From Gammaproteobacteria bacterium (GTDB taxonomy: Bacteria > Pseudomonadota > Gammaproteobacteria > Eutrophobiales > Eutrophobiaceae): a DNA stretch of 64,000 nucleotides. The stretch's first letter is position 1; the number at the start of each line of letters is the position of its first letter. This document shows, one piece after another, positions 22,101 to 31,053 of this stretch. The DNA lies in contig CBDCDS010000003.1 in assembly GCA_965215365.1 (NCBI GenBank), forward strand, positions 1,664,001 through 1,728,000. The letters are read 5' to 3'. Position numbers and translations under genes: made by a program. The notes beneath the pieces are model-generated. The model searched no databases. It saw only the letters and a program-made list of their open reading frames with translations, and was not told the DNA's origin.

Positions 22101-25100
22101 GTGGATGAGTTCGTTGATCTCTACCACAGTCGCGGCATCACTCATTTCGGCGGCGGTCATCTGGCGCGTCACTGGAAAGGGCAGCCGGGGACTTACGCGT
22201 ATGGCCGGGCCAACGGGCTGGTGCTGCTGACCCGTGATAGCGTCAGCGGCGAGACGCTCGTCGACAGAGGGGACATTTCCACGTCGCTGAGCAATGAGAA
22301 CAGCCATCCCACCAGCCGGAACTGGTTAAATGCCTACCTGGCGGCGCTCAATACTCACCTTAAAAGTAAGACCTTACCAGGCGGCACGAAGTTATTCGAC
22401 CGCTGGTATCAACATGTCTGGGATGAGGCGTCCACGTCCAGCCAGTGGGCGTATCTGGCCGATAAAATTGAGCAGCACGCGCCCGGCTTGGAGACCATCG
22501 ACGCATTGGCTCGCGAAACGACGTTTAACGGCCTTAAAACCGCGGCCAACGTGGGCAAGGTCAAGAACTGGGTGCCCCTGCTCGATGCTGTTTACAAGGA
22601 AGACACAAAGGCTTTTTTCAGGGGTCAACGGCAGGCTGGCAAAAAGGTATTCGCTTATGTCGTCGGCACGATTCCCAAGGCGCCCGACGAGCTCAATCGA
22701 GAGTTGGGCAACCATTTGCTGGCGATGACGATGATGTCCTGGTATCTGAACCGGGAGCAATTAGACGGCTACCTGCACTGGGCGTTGAACGCGTGGAGCT
22801 ACGGGTTTCACAGGGGTGACACCACCATCACCTACCCGGATGTAGCCGGCAGGACTTTGAAGTCGTCGTTGCGCTATGAGTCCGAGCGCGGCGGACTGGA
22901 GGACTGGGAGCTGCTAACGCTACTGCGTGACAGCAATGATGCCAAGGCCGATGAGCTCATCGCAGAAGTGCTGCCAGCGACCGGGCTGGGCTATACCCAG
23001 GATGTGTCGCTGTACCGCAGCGTGCGTACCGAGTTGCTGGGGGCCCTCACCGGCGCACCGGGGAGATTTACGGCGACGCCAGGCGACGGGCAGGTGACGC
23101 TCACCTGGGCTGATCTTTCTGACGACACCATTACCCAATACCAGTATCGTCAGGGCGCCGGCACCCCCGTCACTTGGGGCGATTGGGCGGGCGTTCCCAA
23201 CAGCTCGGCCACCACCACCTCGCACACGGTGACGAAACTGACCAACGGCACGGCCTACAGCTTTGAAGTGCGCGCCGTGAGGGGGGCGACGCCCGGCCCG
23301 GCCTCGGCTGTCGTGAGCGCCACCCCCGGCGCCCTGCCGGAGCTGTCCATTAACAACGCAGCAGTGACGGAAGGGGGCACGGCATATTTTACGGTGACCC
23401 TGTCGAAGGCGCGCACCGCCAATGTCACGGTACAGGCCGCCACCTCGGCCGGCCCGGCCACGGCGGGCAGCGACTATACGGCCAAGACGGCGACATTAAC
23501 CATTGCGACCGGCAGCACCAGCGCCACCTTTGCGGTATCGACGACTGCCGACAGCATTGCGGAGTCCAGCGAGACGTTCAAAGTCACTCTGAGCAAGCCC
23601 AACGGTGGCGCCACCATCAAGTCCGGCGCCGGGGTAGGCACGGCCACCTTGTACGATGGCGGCGGCAGCGTGTTTGTCAATGATAATGACAGCGCCGTTA
23701 ACTACGAGAATGGCGGCAGCTCAAGCGGTGTTAAATGGACGGACGATACTGGTCGTAACACAAGCGCCTTTAACAACTACAATAAAGACGCCTACGTCAC
23801 CAACAGGCCGGGCGCTTATTTTGAATACATGTTTACCGGCACCGGCGTGGATTTTATCTCTGAGTCCCACGCTGGCCACGGTGAGGTTGACATCTATATC
23901 GACGACGCCAAGGTGGCGCGCGTGTCGCTGTACAATGCCACTCGCGTCGGTAAGGTGCTGGCCTACAGTGTGCGCGGGTTGAGTCTTGGGGAGCACACCA
24001 TCAAGGGCGTGAATGTGGACAGTGGCACTCCCAGCAATTATTTAGTGGTCGATGGCTTTTTTGTGTACGCCCCCTTAGACTTCGTCACCTGGCACTTGCC
24101 TCGTGAGCTGCGGTATATGAAGGGTGAAGCGATATTGGCCCCGACCCGGCTGCCGCGGGTCGATGGCGGCACGGGGACGGTGACTTATGCCTTAACACCG
24201 ACGCTGCCGACGGGCCTGCAATGGGACCCCAAGGAACGCACGATTTCAGGCACCCCCACCGCAGATAAGGCGCGCACGCAATACACCATGACGGCGACCG
24301 ATGCGGCCAGTCGCACTGCCACTTATACCTTCCACCTGACGGTCGCCGCCGCCGACAAAAAGCCCACCTTCGGCAGTAAGACGCAGGCCGACCTGCTGCT
24401 GAAAAGAGGCACGGCCATGTCTACCGTCACACTACCGGAAGCCACCGACGGCGATGGCACGCTGACCTATCAGTTATTGCCGTTGAAGTGGAGTAACATG
24501 GGCTACAACCAGGGGGTACGAGAGAACAACCAACCCTTGGACTACGCCGGGGTGGCCAACCTGCCGGCGGGTGTGAGCTTCAATGCCACCACCCGCGTCC
24601 TCTCGGGCACGCCCACGGCGAACTGGACACGCGCGCTCTATACCTTAGTCGCCACAGACACCGATGGCGACACGGCAGCGCTGAACTTCCATGTGGCAGT
24701 AGTGACCGCACTGACCCCGGCCACCGGCTCGAGCACCCTGGAGGTATGGACGGATGATGCGCTGAGCCATGTCAACCGCGATGCCACCAAGCCCAATTCC
24801 CCGTCGACGGACATTGATTTACATGCGGCGCGCAATGAATATGAGAGCGGCCAGATAGTGCTGCGCAGCGATGCGGATTTGACCATCACCGAGGTGGCGT
24901 TTGACGACCTCACCGATGGCAGCAACACGATTGCTAAGACCCACCTTGACTACCGGTTTGTAGAATACCACGTGCCGGTGATGCCGACCCGGACGACCCA
25001 GCTGCTCTACCCGGCCAATAATCGCCCTGATCCGTTGTCCAATGCCCGCTCGATTGTGGTGCCGGCGAACGTCACCCAACCCATCTTAGTGACGGCGTAT

Positions 25101-28100
25101 GTCCCCAAGGGGCAGGCGGCGGGGACTTATACCGGCACGGCGACGGTGAAGGTCAAGACGGCCCAGGGGAACGACACCAAGGAGGTGCCCTTGAGCGTTA
25201 AGGTCTATGCGGTGCAGATTCCCGATGCCAAGGACAGCGAGTTCTTACAGTACAACTGGACGGAGACAAACATGTACTCTATCCGCAATGAAGAGGACAT
25301 GGGGCGCTCGTACTACGGGATTGACAAGTACTCCGATGACTGGTGGGGCTTAATGGGCAACATGGCCGATACCATGTCCAAGCATCGTCAGAACATGACC
25401 ATTGCCTGGACGGTGGCACTGCTGCGCGACGGCGGCACTAAGGCCAAGGCCGATGGCACGTATGAGTGGCAATGGGGGCTGTTCGATAAGTTCATCGACA
25501 CTTATAACCAGCGCGGCATGACCCACTTCGGCGGCGGGCATTTGTCGTTGCACTGGACCGGGCAGCCCGGGAGTTACAATATCCAGCATGCCCTCCAAGT
25601 GGCGCGCCTTGCGCCCGATGCGAACGGTGAGACACGCATCGCCGGCGCCCTGGTGCCGACCTCGACGAGCAATGCCGACGACGAGCGCACGGTGGCCCGG
25701 GATTGGCTCAATGCTTATCTGACGGCGCTGAATACCCATATTAAGGCCAAGACCTTGATGGATGGCGTCACCACCCTGCGCAGCCGCTGGTTTCAGCATC
25801 TCGGCGATGAGCCGCACAAGGACGAGCATGTCCAACAATGGGGCTATATGGCGGACACGCTCAAGGTCAAGGTGCCGCAAGTGCGCAACTTAGATGCGAC
25901 GCATGATGGCACAGCAAAACTCTTGCAGGATGCTTACAAGCCAAAAGTGACGGCCTGGAGTCCTTATCTCGACGACTTTGACCGGCGCAAAGACTTATTT
26001 GCCCAACAGCAACAGGCCACCAAGCCGGTGTTTGTCTACGTGATGCTGATTCCCCGTGAACAGGAGGACTATAACCGCCTGTTCGCCAACCACCTGGTAT
26101 CGACTTCCACGCTGTATTGGTATTACTTCCGCCATAATGTGGACGGCAATTTGCACTGGGCGCTGAACGTGTGGTCCATCGGGCCGGATGGCCGCTCTAA
26201 AGGCGATACCCACATTGTCTATCCGGACATCGGCGGGCGCACGCTGCGCTCATCGCTGCGCTATGAAGCCGAGCGTGGCGGGCTGGAGGACTTGGAACTG
26301 TTGAAGCTGTACAAAGCGACCTCTGCCAGCGCCGCCAACACACTGGCTGAGAAGCTCACCACCACGACCCGCACCAACCACAACAAGGATGTGTCAACGT
26401 ACCGCACCGTGCGTACCGAGTTGCTGGAGGCTGTAGCGCCGCCCCCCGTCGCCGCCGTCACCATCGCCGCTACCGACACCACCGTCACCGAAGGCGATAC
26501 CAGCGCCACGGCGACCTTCACGGTAGTACTGGACGCCGGGCCGTCCGCCGATGTCACCGTCACCGTCACCGCACCCACTGGCTTAGAGCTCGACGGCCCG
26601 GACAGCGCCACCACCTTCACCTCCAGCGAGGCGCTGACCTTCACCGACAGCACCTGGAGCACCGCCCAGACCGTCACCGTGCGCGCCCCCGACGACAGCA
26701 CCGACAGTCCCAGTCAACCGGAACTGACCGTCACCTACGCCACCACCTCGACCGACAGCGACTACAGTGGCCTGACCGGCGATGCCGCCACCGTCACCGT
26801 CACGGATAATGACGCCACCGAGGTCACCTTAGCCGGTAGCGCCGGGGATGTCACCGAGGGCAACACCAAGGAGTTCACCGTCACTCTGGGTCGCGGTCTG
26901 GTCAATGGCGAGACGCTGGCCGTACCGATGACCTTCGGCGGTGATGCGACGCAGGGCACGGACTACACGACGGCGTGCGAGTCACCGCTTCCGACCGGGG
27001 TAACCTGCGCGAACCTGGACATCGGCAACGCGGCGGTGACCTTTACCGGTGCGAGCGGGCGCACGACGGCGAAGACGGTGACGCTGACCTTAACAGCGAC
27101 CCCCGACAACACCGCGGAGGTCGGTGGAGAGAGTGTGACCATTGGGTTAGGCACGCTTAACGCCCGCTCTGGCACCGGTCTCAATGGCGGCGCTTCGGGC
27201 ACCGACAGTCTGGCTGACTTTGACATCATCGATCCAGACACCACCGCGCCGACGGTTGAGATCACCGGCGTGCCTGAGAAAATTAACGCCCGTGACCCGT
27301 TCACGGTGACCTTTACCTTCTCTGAAGCCGTCACTGGCTTTGCTGCCGATGACATCAGTGTCACCAACAACGCCAACAAAGGCACGTTCACGGAGACCAG
27401 TGCCACGGTCTATACCCTCACGGTCACGCCCACCGCCGATGCTGATGTGAAAGTCACAGCGCGCGCCAATACCGCCACCGATGGCGTGAACACCGGCCCG
27501 GCCAACGCCGTGAGCGACACCGCCATCTGGGATGCCAGTGTCCCGACCGTGACCATCACCGGCGTGCCTGCTGAGATTCTTAACCGTGACCCGTTCACGG
27601 TGACGTTCACCTTCTCCGAAGACGTCACCGGCTTTGCTGCCGACGATGTCAGCGTCACCAACGGGGATAAGAGTGCATTCGCCGGCAGTGGCGCCAGTTA
27701 CACTCTCGCCGTCACCCCCAACGCCAACGCCGATGTGACCGTCGGGGTCGCCGCCAATGCCGCCAGTGACGGTATTAACACCGGCCCGGTCTCAATGGTG
27801 GCCCAGACCGCCGAGTGGGATGTGGATGTGTCGTTCTCCACGAACGCCGCCAGCATCACCGAAGCCAACGGCGCCGAGGTGTCCCTCACCGTGCGCCTGA
27901 CCTCGGCGCGCGCGGCTGCCACGGTGGTGTATATTCAATACCAGGATATCACCGCCACACGCGCCGGCAATGCCGACTACACCGGTAGCCCGACCTCGAT
28001 CACCCTCCCCGCCGGGGACACCCGCGCCACGCTGACCATCCCCATTACCAACGATGATGCCACCGAGTCCACCGAGACCTTCTTAGTGCGCCTGCTCGAT

Positions 28101-28586
28101 ACGCAACTGCCGACCGGTGTCACCTTGGGCAGCCCGCGCGAGGTGACCGTGACCATCACCATCACCGATGATGACGCCCCACCGGCAGCACCGGGTGCGC
28201 CCACCGGCTTGACCGCCACCGCCGGCGATAGGCAAGTGGTGCTCGCCTGGACGGATCCGTCCAACGCCGACATCACCGCTTGGGAAGTACGCCAGGGCAG
28301 TGGCAGCCCGCTGAGCTGGGGTAGCTGGACGGAAATTGCCAGCAGCACGGCCACGACCACGACGCACACCGTCACCGGCCTGACCAACGGCACGGCTTAC
28401 AGCTTTGAGCTGCGCGCCAAAGCCGGCACGGTCATCTCTGCTCACGCTGCCCGTAGTGGCGCTGGCGCACGAGCCGTTATGGGTGCCGGTCACCCCCGCC
28501 GGCGTCAGCCCGTGCGAGCTGCCCCGGGCGCACTGCCCGCTCTCGTTGCGGCGTATCCACAGGCACCTCAGCGCAGCAGTACTTGA
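16131..28586 (+). CDS. Giant secreted multidomain protein: unknown N-terminal domain, about 3 discoidin/CBM32-like domains, 2x[Calx-beta, CBM-like, 2 Ig (He_PIG), GH123/DUF4091], FN3, Calx-beta and Ig repeats; 3' end broken near 28437
   Basis: 4151-aa ORF; ATSDGTATAGSDY (Calx-beta), LPTGLQWDPKERTISGTPT (He_PIG), RNEYESGQ..PDPL..DE..GYLHW..SSLRYE..RGGLEDWE (GH123-like), TPGDGQVTLTW..LTNGTAYSFEVRA (FN3). Confidence 0.85.
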   Translation: MSMIRMMYRTAGFAHRPALAGLLLSVGVVLAVSGLLRAGPVATPGARLTAGDLTVSMDETGLITGLTAPSGRDYHVNEPPTALLSLIVEDKPTDLPSAGTAAHYRPLRWRFTPGTPQLGETARGTYTFDFAEHLSVTVAFVEKPGYATLAVTALHNPAGKDVRHILWGPLSTSITESVGETVGVVRGRDFAMGLFGTNAKTLGGWARAYPATGLKSLAAGEDTAGDVRTVAQDFATAAAVRTVPGSILQAHTQDYTQGRMVEVAPTGGQEGRRRWVPALTGEFATAGQLVGSQVALFGVAGTDAAGVTHASRREALYAKVLARIGAIEVGEGMPHPQLDKVWAKQALRANAPYLLLEDLDSHNLDTALRWANELGWDTVAKDACWGVFARGGDFPISDAFGGSDNALRSVIERAQSRHTTLGVDIRSNWLPAPYATTHLGGLAAAQHATLAAPVTATATTLTVAPLPGGDLQPGFATTGYVVIGTELMGYTETTPVAENLVLSGLTRGVDATLAQGHAADAPVKRVIRKTQCGEYLAGLTLMRGRVAERLIEVLDLGLGGVSLSGAEALAADGYGALAANLVMDKIYRALAGHDNLITELSVLTPYTWHVNTRAGAVNQDRRILSSGLAAPQVSYPWGAQVSARRNYLARPMLGRWHIPDANGWRWALGKAAALDAGLAYVGRVRDAARHDAPLRREIRHWRYAALAGAFDAPNRLVMQEQGAYFKLDRVSHTGSIGPTWKLSDWAPLGAAGGQRRNSRYLAPQLRGFPTANLARDAEVTVSGALAPEFDGAHALDGFTVTGHDGGAGEWALAAGAREKWIELTWETPRRVREIILFDRASPQQNVRAGSLTLTRADGTTTTQRVDALPLTGGAKRIALSDQALVKARFTLHATQGAAPGLAEFAVLGPAPVYQVSNLATGAVVSGVAAGQGARITDGVIAPGAEPAATLTGAFAQLDLGGLHYIGGLTVWHAFGDGRRYQDVVFELADNPAFTNSTIVFNNDADNSLGLGAGTDAPYTETAAGKQVLFAPTPARYLRLWSQGNTVNDANHLVEVEVYGAGHGTAAATLSASSTAPGDLRAAIDGHPDTAIDLGTGPQYLQLDLGTPRQVNSLVVLREGDLRAYRNVVYQLSNDADFADTVTTVFHNDYDAVHGLGLKEPSQGEYAETPNGHYVRFAPRPARYVRLYSNGSDRDRHNRYHEVLVGTEHATRLPTPTPAWAPAESAPADNTARADNAAQQGAPPGAPIPGPAARGGGGLGARALPTARQTALELSINNVAVTEGATAYFTVTLSKAHTADVTVQAATSDGTATAGSDYTAKTATLTIDAGATSATFAVATTADSIAESSETIKVTLSNSSGGATIKSGAGVGTATLYDGGGGFVNDNDSAVSYENGSNGTGVAWFYGARHGGDFNSYDNDGYVTSRPGAYFEYTFTGTGVDFISETNKDHGEVDLYIDGAKVARVSLNSATRVGKVLAYSVRGLSLGEHTIKGVKVGSGTPSNYLVVDGFFVYAPLDFVTWHLPRELRYMKGEAILAPTRLPRVDGGTGTVTYALTPTLPTGLQWDPKERTISGTPTADKARAQYTMTATDAASRTATYTFHLTVSATDNKPTFGNKTQDDLLLKKEAAMTTVTLPAATDGDGSLTYQLLPLKWTNIGGDYVPQPANTPLDYTGVANLPAGLSFDIDARELSGTPTEKWTRGQYTLVATDADGDTAALSFHLGVVDTLTPATPSSVLKMWTADALTRINDDATGPNSPSTRIDLHAVRNEYESGQVVLRSNADLTITEVAFTDLTSGSNTIAKSHLNYHFAEYHVPVMPTHPNITGEKHRPIYPYFKRRPDPLSNARSIVVPANVTQPIFVKVYVPKGQAAGTYTGTVTVKVNTAQGNDTKTVSLSVKVYAVEIPDAKDSGHLQYNWANTNIYSIENTSDFGFEYYGIAKYSDEWWELMGNMADTMVAHRQNVALLWTVSQLRDGGTKVNADGTYDWNWGLVDEFVDLYHSRGITHFGGGHLARHWKGQPGTYAYGRANGLVLLTRDSVSGETLVDRGDISTSLSNENSHPTSRNWLNAYLAALNTHLKSKTLPGGTKLFDRWYQHVWDEASTSSQWAYLADKIEQHAPGLETIDALARETTFNGLKTAANVGKVKNWVPLLDAVYKEDTKAFFRGQRQAGKKVFAYVVGTIPKAPDELNRELGNHLLAMTMMSWYLNREQLDGYLHWALNAWSYGFHRGDTTITYPDVAGRTLKSSLRYESERGGLEDWELLTLLRDSNDAKADELIAEVLPATGLGYTQDVSLYRSVRTELLGALTGAPGRFTATPGDGQVTLTWADLSDDTITQYQYRQGAGTPVTWGDWAGVPNSSATTTSHTVTKLTNGTAYSFEVRAVRGATPGPASAVVSATPGALPELSINNAAVTEGGTAYFTVTLSKARTANVTVQAATSAGPATAGSDYTAKTATLTIATGSTSATFAVSTTADSIAESSETFKVTLSKPNGGATIKSGAGVGTATLYDGGGSVFVNDNDSAVNYENGGSSSGVKWTDDTGRNTSAFNNYNKDAYVTNRPGAYFEYMFTGTGVDFISESHAGHGEVDIYIDDAKVARVSLYNATRVGKVLAYSVRGLSLGEHTIKGVNVDSGTPSNYLVVDGFFVYAPLDFVTWHLPRELRYMKGEAILAPTRLPRVDGGTGTVTYALTPTLPTGLQWDPKERTISGTPTADKARTQYTMTATDAASRTATYTFHLTVAAADKKPTFGSKTQADLLLKRGTAMSTVTLPEATDGDGTLTYQLLPLKWSNMGYNQGVRENNQPLDYAGVANLPAGVSFNATTRVLSGTPTANWTRALYTLVATDTDGDTAALNFHVAVVTALTPATGSSTLEVWTDDALSHVNRDATKPNSPSTDIDLHAARNEYESGQIVLRSDADLTITEVAFDDLTDGSNTIAKTHLDYRFVEYHVPVMPTRTTQLLYPANNRPDPLSNARSIVVPANVTQPILVTAYVPKGQAAGTYTGTATVKVKTAQGNDTKEVPLSVKVYAVQIPDAKDSEFLQYNWTETNMYSIRNEEDMGRSYYGIDKYSDDWWGLMGNMADTMSKHRQNMTIAWTVALLRDGGTKAKADGTYEWQWGLFDKFIDTYNQRGMTHFGGGHLSLHWTGQPGSYNIQHALQVARLAPDANGETRIAGALVPTSTSNADDERTVARDWLNAYLTALNTHIKAKTLMDGVTTLRSRWFQHLGDEPHKDEHVQQWGYMADTLKVKVPQVRNLDATHDGTAKLLQDAYKPKVTAWSPYLDDFDRRKDLFAQQQQATKPVFVYVMLIPREQEDYNRLFANHLVSTSTLYWYYFRHNVDGNLHWALNVWSIGPDGRSKGDTHIVYPDIGGRTLRSSLRYEAERGGLEDLELLKLYKATSASAANTLAEKLTTTTRTNHNKDVSTYRTVRTELLEAVAPPPVAAVTIAATDTTVTEGDTSATATFTVVLDAGPSADVTVTVTAPTGLELDGPDSATTFTSSEALTFTDSTWSTAQTVTVRAPDDSTDSPSQPELTVTYATTSTDSDYSGLTGDAATVTVTDNDATEVTLAGSAGDVTEGNTKEFTVTLGRGLVNGETLAVPMTFGGDATQGTDYTTACESPLPTGVTCANLDIGNAAVTFTGASGRTTAKTVTLTLTATPDNTAEVGGESVTIGLGTLNARSGTGLNGGASGTDSLADFDIIDPDTTAPTVEITGVPEKINARDPFTVTFTFSEAVTGFAADDISVTNNANKGTFTETSATVYTLTVTPTADADVKVTARANTATDGVNTGPANAVSDTAIWDASVPTVTITGVPAEILNRDPFTVTFTFSEDVTGFAADDVSVTNGDKSAFAGSGASYTLAVTPNANADVTVGVAANAASDGINTGPVSMVAQTAEWDVDVSFSTNAASITEANGAEVSLTVRLTSARAAATVVYIQYQDITATRAGNADYTGSPTSITLPAGDTRATLTIPITNDDATESTETFLVRLLDTQLPTGVTLGSPREVTVTITITDDDAPPAAPGAPTGLTATAGDRQVVLAWTDPSNADITAWEVRQGSGSPLSWGSWTEIASSTATTTTHTVTGLTNGTAYSFELRAKAGTVISAHAARSGAGARAVMGAGHPRRRQPVRAAPGALPALVAAYPQAPQRSST
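19945..26430 (+). repeat. Tandem intragenic duplication of an approx. 3.4-kb module
   Basis: About 19945-23045 vs 23339-26430; block 20551-20941 is near-identical to 23953-24343 (offset 3402 bp). Confidence 0.9.
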
Positions 28587-28683
28587 GACCGATCAGGCGG
28601 CGCTGGATTACTGGCAGCGGCGCCTGCGCATCTGGTACAGCTTTAACCCCGACTACCGCCACCACCTGCATCCGCACCGCTAG
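28437..28683 (+). pseudogene. 5'-truncated small secreted-protein gene fragment
   Basis: LLTLPVVALA-HEPLWVP... signal-like stretch lacking a start, fused out of frame to the giant gene. Confidence 0.35.
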
Positions 28684-28719
28684 ACCGCCCTGTCTTATTC
28701 GTTGTTCTTCCCATGGCGC

Positions 28720-29455
28720 CCAAGGCCGTCCCGACGGCGCCGCCGATATGGTACAGCTGGGCTCGCCGCACCGGATGAGGACTATCTACCGTACCAACAT
28801 CGAGGTCGGCGTGGCACACGGGCGCTATCGCCGTCAGGTCGATAACGCCCAAAATCGCCCGTACTGGAAGTACGAGGCCATCATGGACGCCGCCACCCGA
28901 CCCGCCCACGCCGCCATGCACGGCAAAGTGTTCCGGGCCGACGATCCGATCTGGAAAACCCACTACCCGCCGAACGGATTCGGCCGCCGCTGCTCGGTTA
29001 TGGCATTGACCGAACAGGAAATGGAAAAAGAAGGACTGAGCGTCTCGGACAGCGCCGGACACCTGCGCCCGGTCGAGCAGCAGGCTGGAGTCAACCAACG
29101 CACCGGTGAGGTCGTCACCGTGCGCGGCACACAGTACCGGTTCACCGGCACCGATGGGCAGGCACGAGTGATGATCCCGGACCCGGGCTGGAACTACAAC
29201 CCCGGCTATGCGGGCGGCGCCACCACCCGGCGCCTGCCTAAGAAGATAACGCCACAACAGACCTTAGCCGACGAGCTGGGCAAGATCAGTGTCCCCAAAC
29301 TGGAAGGGGCGCCGCCGGCTATCGCCCGCGCGCAGGTGCAGGACTTGTTACAGGCACCGCGATTCGACGCCGCAGTACAGGCGCGCACCGTCGGCAACTG
29401 GCCGATGGCGGACATCTCCACGGGCTCCCCGGCACAATCCGCTATGGATAGCTAG
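28720..29455 (+). pseudogene. Mu gpF-like minor head protein, N-terminally truncated
   Basis: VQLGSPHRMRTIYRTN, RPYWKY, TRPAHAAMHGKVFRADDPIWKTHYPPNGFGRRCSV (usual CRC here RRC), PDPGWNYNPG. Confidence 0.85.
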
Positions 29456-29497
29456 GTTCTACGGCCACCCTGGGCTCTACCTCACTTCCCAAGACAC

Positions 29498-29527
29498 AGT
29501 ATAGAACAATTCATACCAGGAGATCAA
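29498..29527 (-). promoter_or_regulatory. Sigma70-like promoter TTGATC-18-TATACT
   Basis: -35 at 29527-29522, -10 at 29503-29498; 6 bp from IS end. Confidence 0.45.
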
Positions 29528-29631
29528 CCATGATGTTCAGGTTCAATGCCTATGAGACTGTGCTGTGTGAGTGGTTGATTATGCTCCGTCTGCAAATGAA
29601 CAAGCACCGCCTTCCGGCGCTCAGAGGTTAA

Positions 29632-29687
29632 CCCGCATATCTCACCAAGTGATGCGAAGATCGCACCGGATTTTTTACGCCTGCGGG
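29632..29687. mobile_element. 56-bp MITE copy inside the IS derivative
   Basis: ttaa|cccgcatatctcaccaagtgatgcgaagatcgcaccggatt...ctgcggg. Confidence 0.75.
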
Positions 29688-29786
29688 TGCCTGCGAACGA
29701 AAGCATAGCGGTAGCTGAGGTTACCATAACTTATTGAGAGAAATCATGTTTCACAAGGCAACAAGCGACTTGGTGATATCTGCGGG

Positions 29787-31048
29787 TTAAGGCCGCGGTG
29801 GCGGTTCTGGAAAATCCATCGCCTCCTCAGCGACCGCCTCGCGCACATGACTCATCAGCGACGGAATACCCGGCTCGATCTCCCGACCGCCGTCAGGCGC
29901 CCAGGTGTAGCCTAAGTCGGCGAGTTGGCCGAGCACCGCCATGGCGGCCTCGGCGTCTGACCCGAGCCCCTCGCCCAACGCCGCCTTGAGCGTCGCCCTG
30001 GCCACCTGCTCGGACTTCTCGAAACATCCGGCGACGAGCGACGCGGTCTCGAGCAAGCCACGATCTTCGAGCTCCAGATATCGCCTCCCATAATAACGCA
30101 GGCGCCGTGCCGCGACCTGTGGGGCAGCCTGCTCGACGAGACCCAAGGTCACTGTGTGGCCCCCCCTTGCTCGACCAAGGCGCCACACAACGCCCGCCCC
30201 CAAAGCTGAATGAAATACGGATAACACTGTGAGTCATCCACCACCGCCGCCAAGGCGTCCGGCTCGAAAGCCACCGACCATTGGGCCAGCGGAGTCGTTA
30301 AAGCCTCGGCCGTGGCCTTAGCGCTCAGCCGGCCGATCGGCAGGATCTCAGAGCGATCCCAGAAGGTGGCGCTCATCTTACCCAGATGCGCTTCAAGATT
30401 AGGCGTGCCGGCCAAGATGAGGACGAACGGGACATCGGCCGTGCGCAGCTGCTGGCTGAGGTTCAGCAGCCGGCGCCCGGTCTCGATATCGAGCGTATGG
30501 GCTTCGTCCACGGTGACCAACAGCGGTTGTGCGCGACAACGCGCAGTCAGCTTGGCCTCACCATACACCCTGAGCTCATCGTCTGAGACAACGCTGAGCT
30601 CAGCACTGAGCTCCGCGCTGAGATCGCCCGCTCCCACGCGTAAGCTCGCCGCCGAGGCCTTCTGTGTGCGCGGTGCGCGCCGCCTCAACAAGCGCCCGAG
30701 CCAGAGCCCGCCCGACGCCAGTGTCGACGGCGGACGCTGCAATAAGTTTCTGATTAGCTGCAGCGGGGAATCGATCTCATCAGGAGTCAGCGTGACCACG
30801 TCAATCTGACGCTCAGCGGCGCGGCGACTGAGATCAGTGAGCAACACCGTCTTGCCGTTACCGCGCGGCCCGAAGAGCACCAAGTCCCCTGCCGGGCCGC
30901 ATCCCTTGCGCAAGTCGATCAACAGCTGGCGCTCAAAGACCTTCGTCTCATCACCGCGCCCGGCGAGCTTGGGCGGGGCCACGCCGGTGCCGGGCTTGAA
31001 CAGGCCCAACAGCGCCTCGGTGTAGCGTTCGTCACTGAAATCATGCGG
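29787..31048 (-). pseudogene. Near-identical AAA-ATPase copy lacking the native start and frameshifted near 30160
   Basis: Reverse complement matches 9196-10458; G7CC vs G9C gives a 1-nt deletion. Confidence 0.9.
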
Positions 31049-31053
31049 ACACC

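Larger units (their letters stand above)
29534..31051 (-). mobile_element. Non-autonomous IS481-family derivative carrying AAA-ATPase (copy 2, inverted)
   Basis: TGTCCG at 31051-31046 fused to ATPase; right end identical to copy 1; perfect CCATGA duplication at 29528-29533 and 31052-31057. Confidence 0.88.

Noticed and set aside
19945-26430. DGR template/variable repeat pair
   Set aside because: Differences affect all four bases and include indels; no reverse transcriptase in the window.
30159-30166. Phase variation at short G/C runs (also 36960-36963 and 14456-14458)
   Set aside because: Runs are short; single-base indels here may be assembly errors, so they were treated as pseudogene or uncertain.
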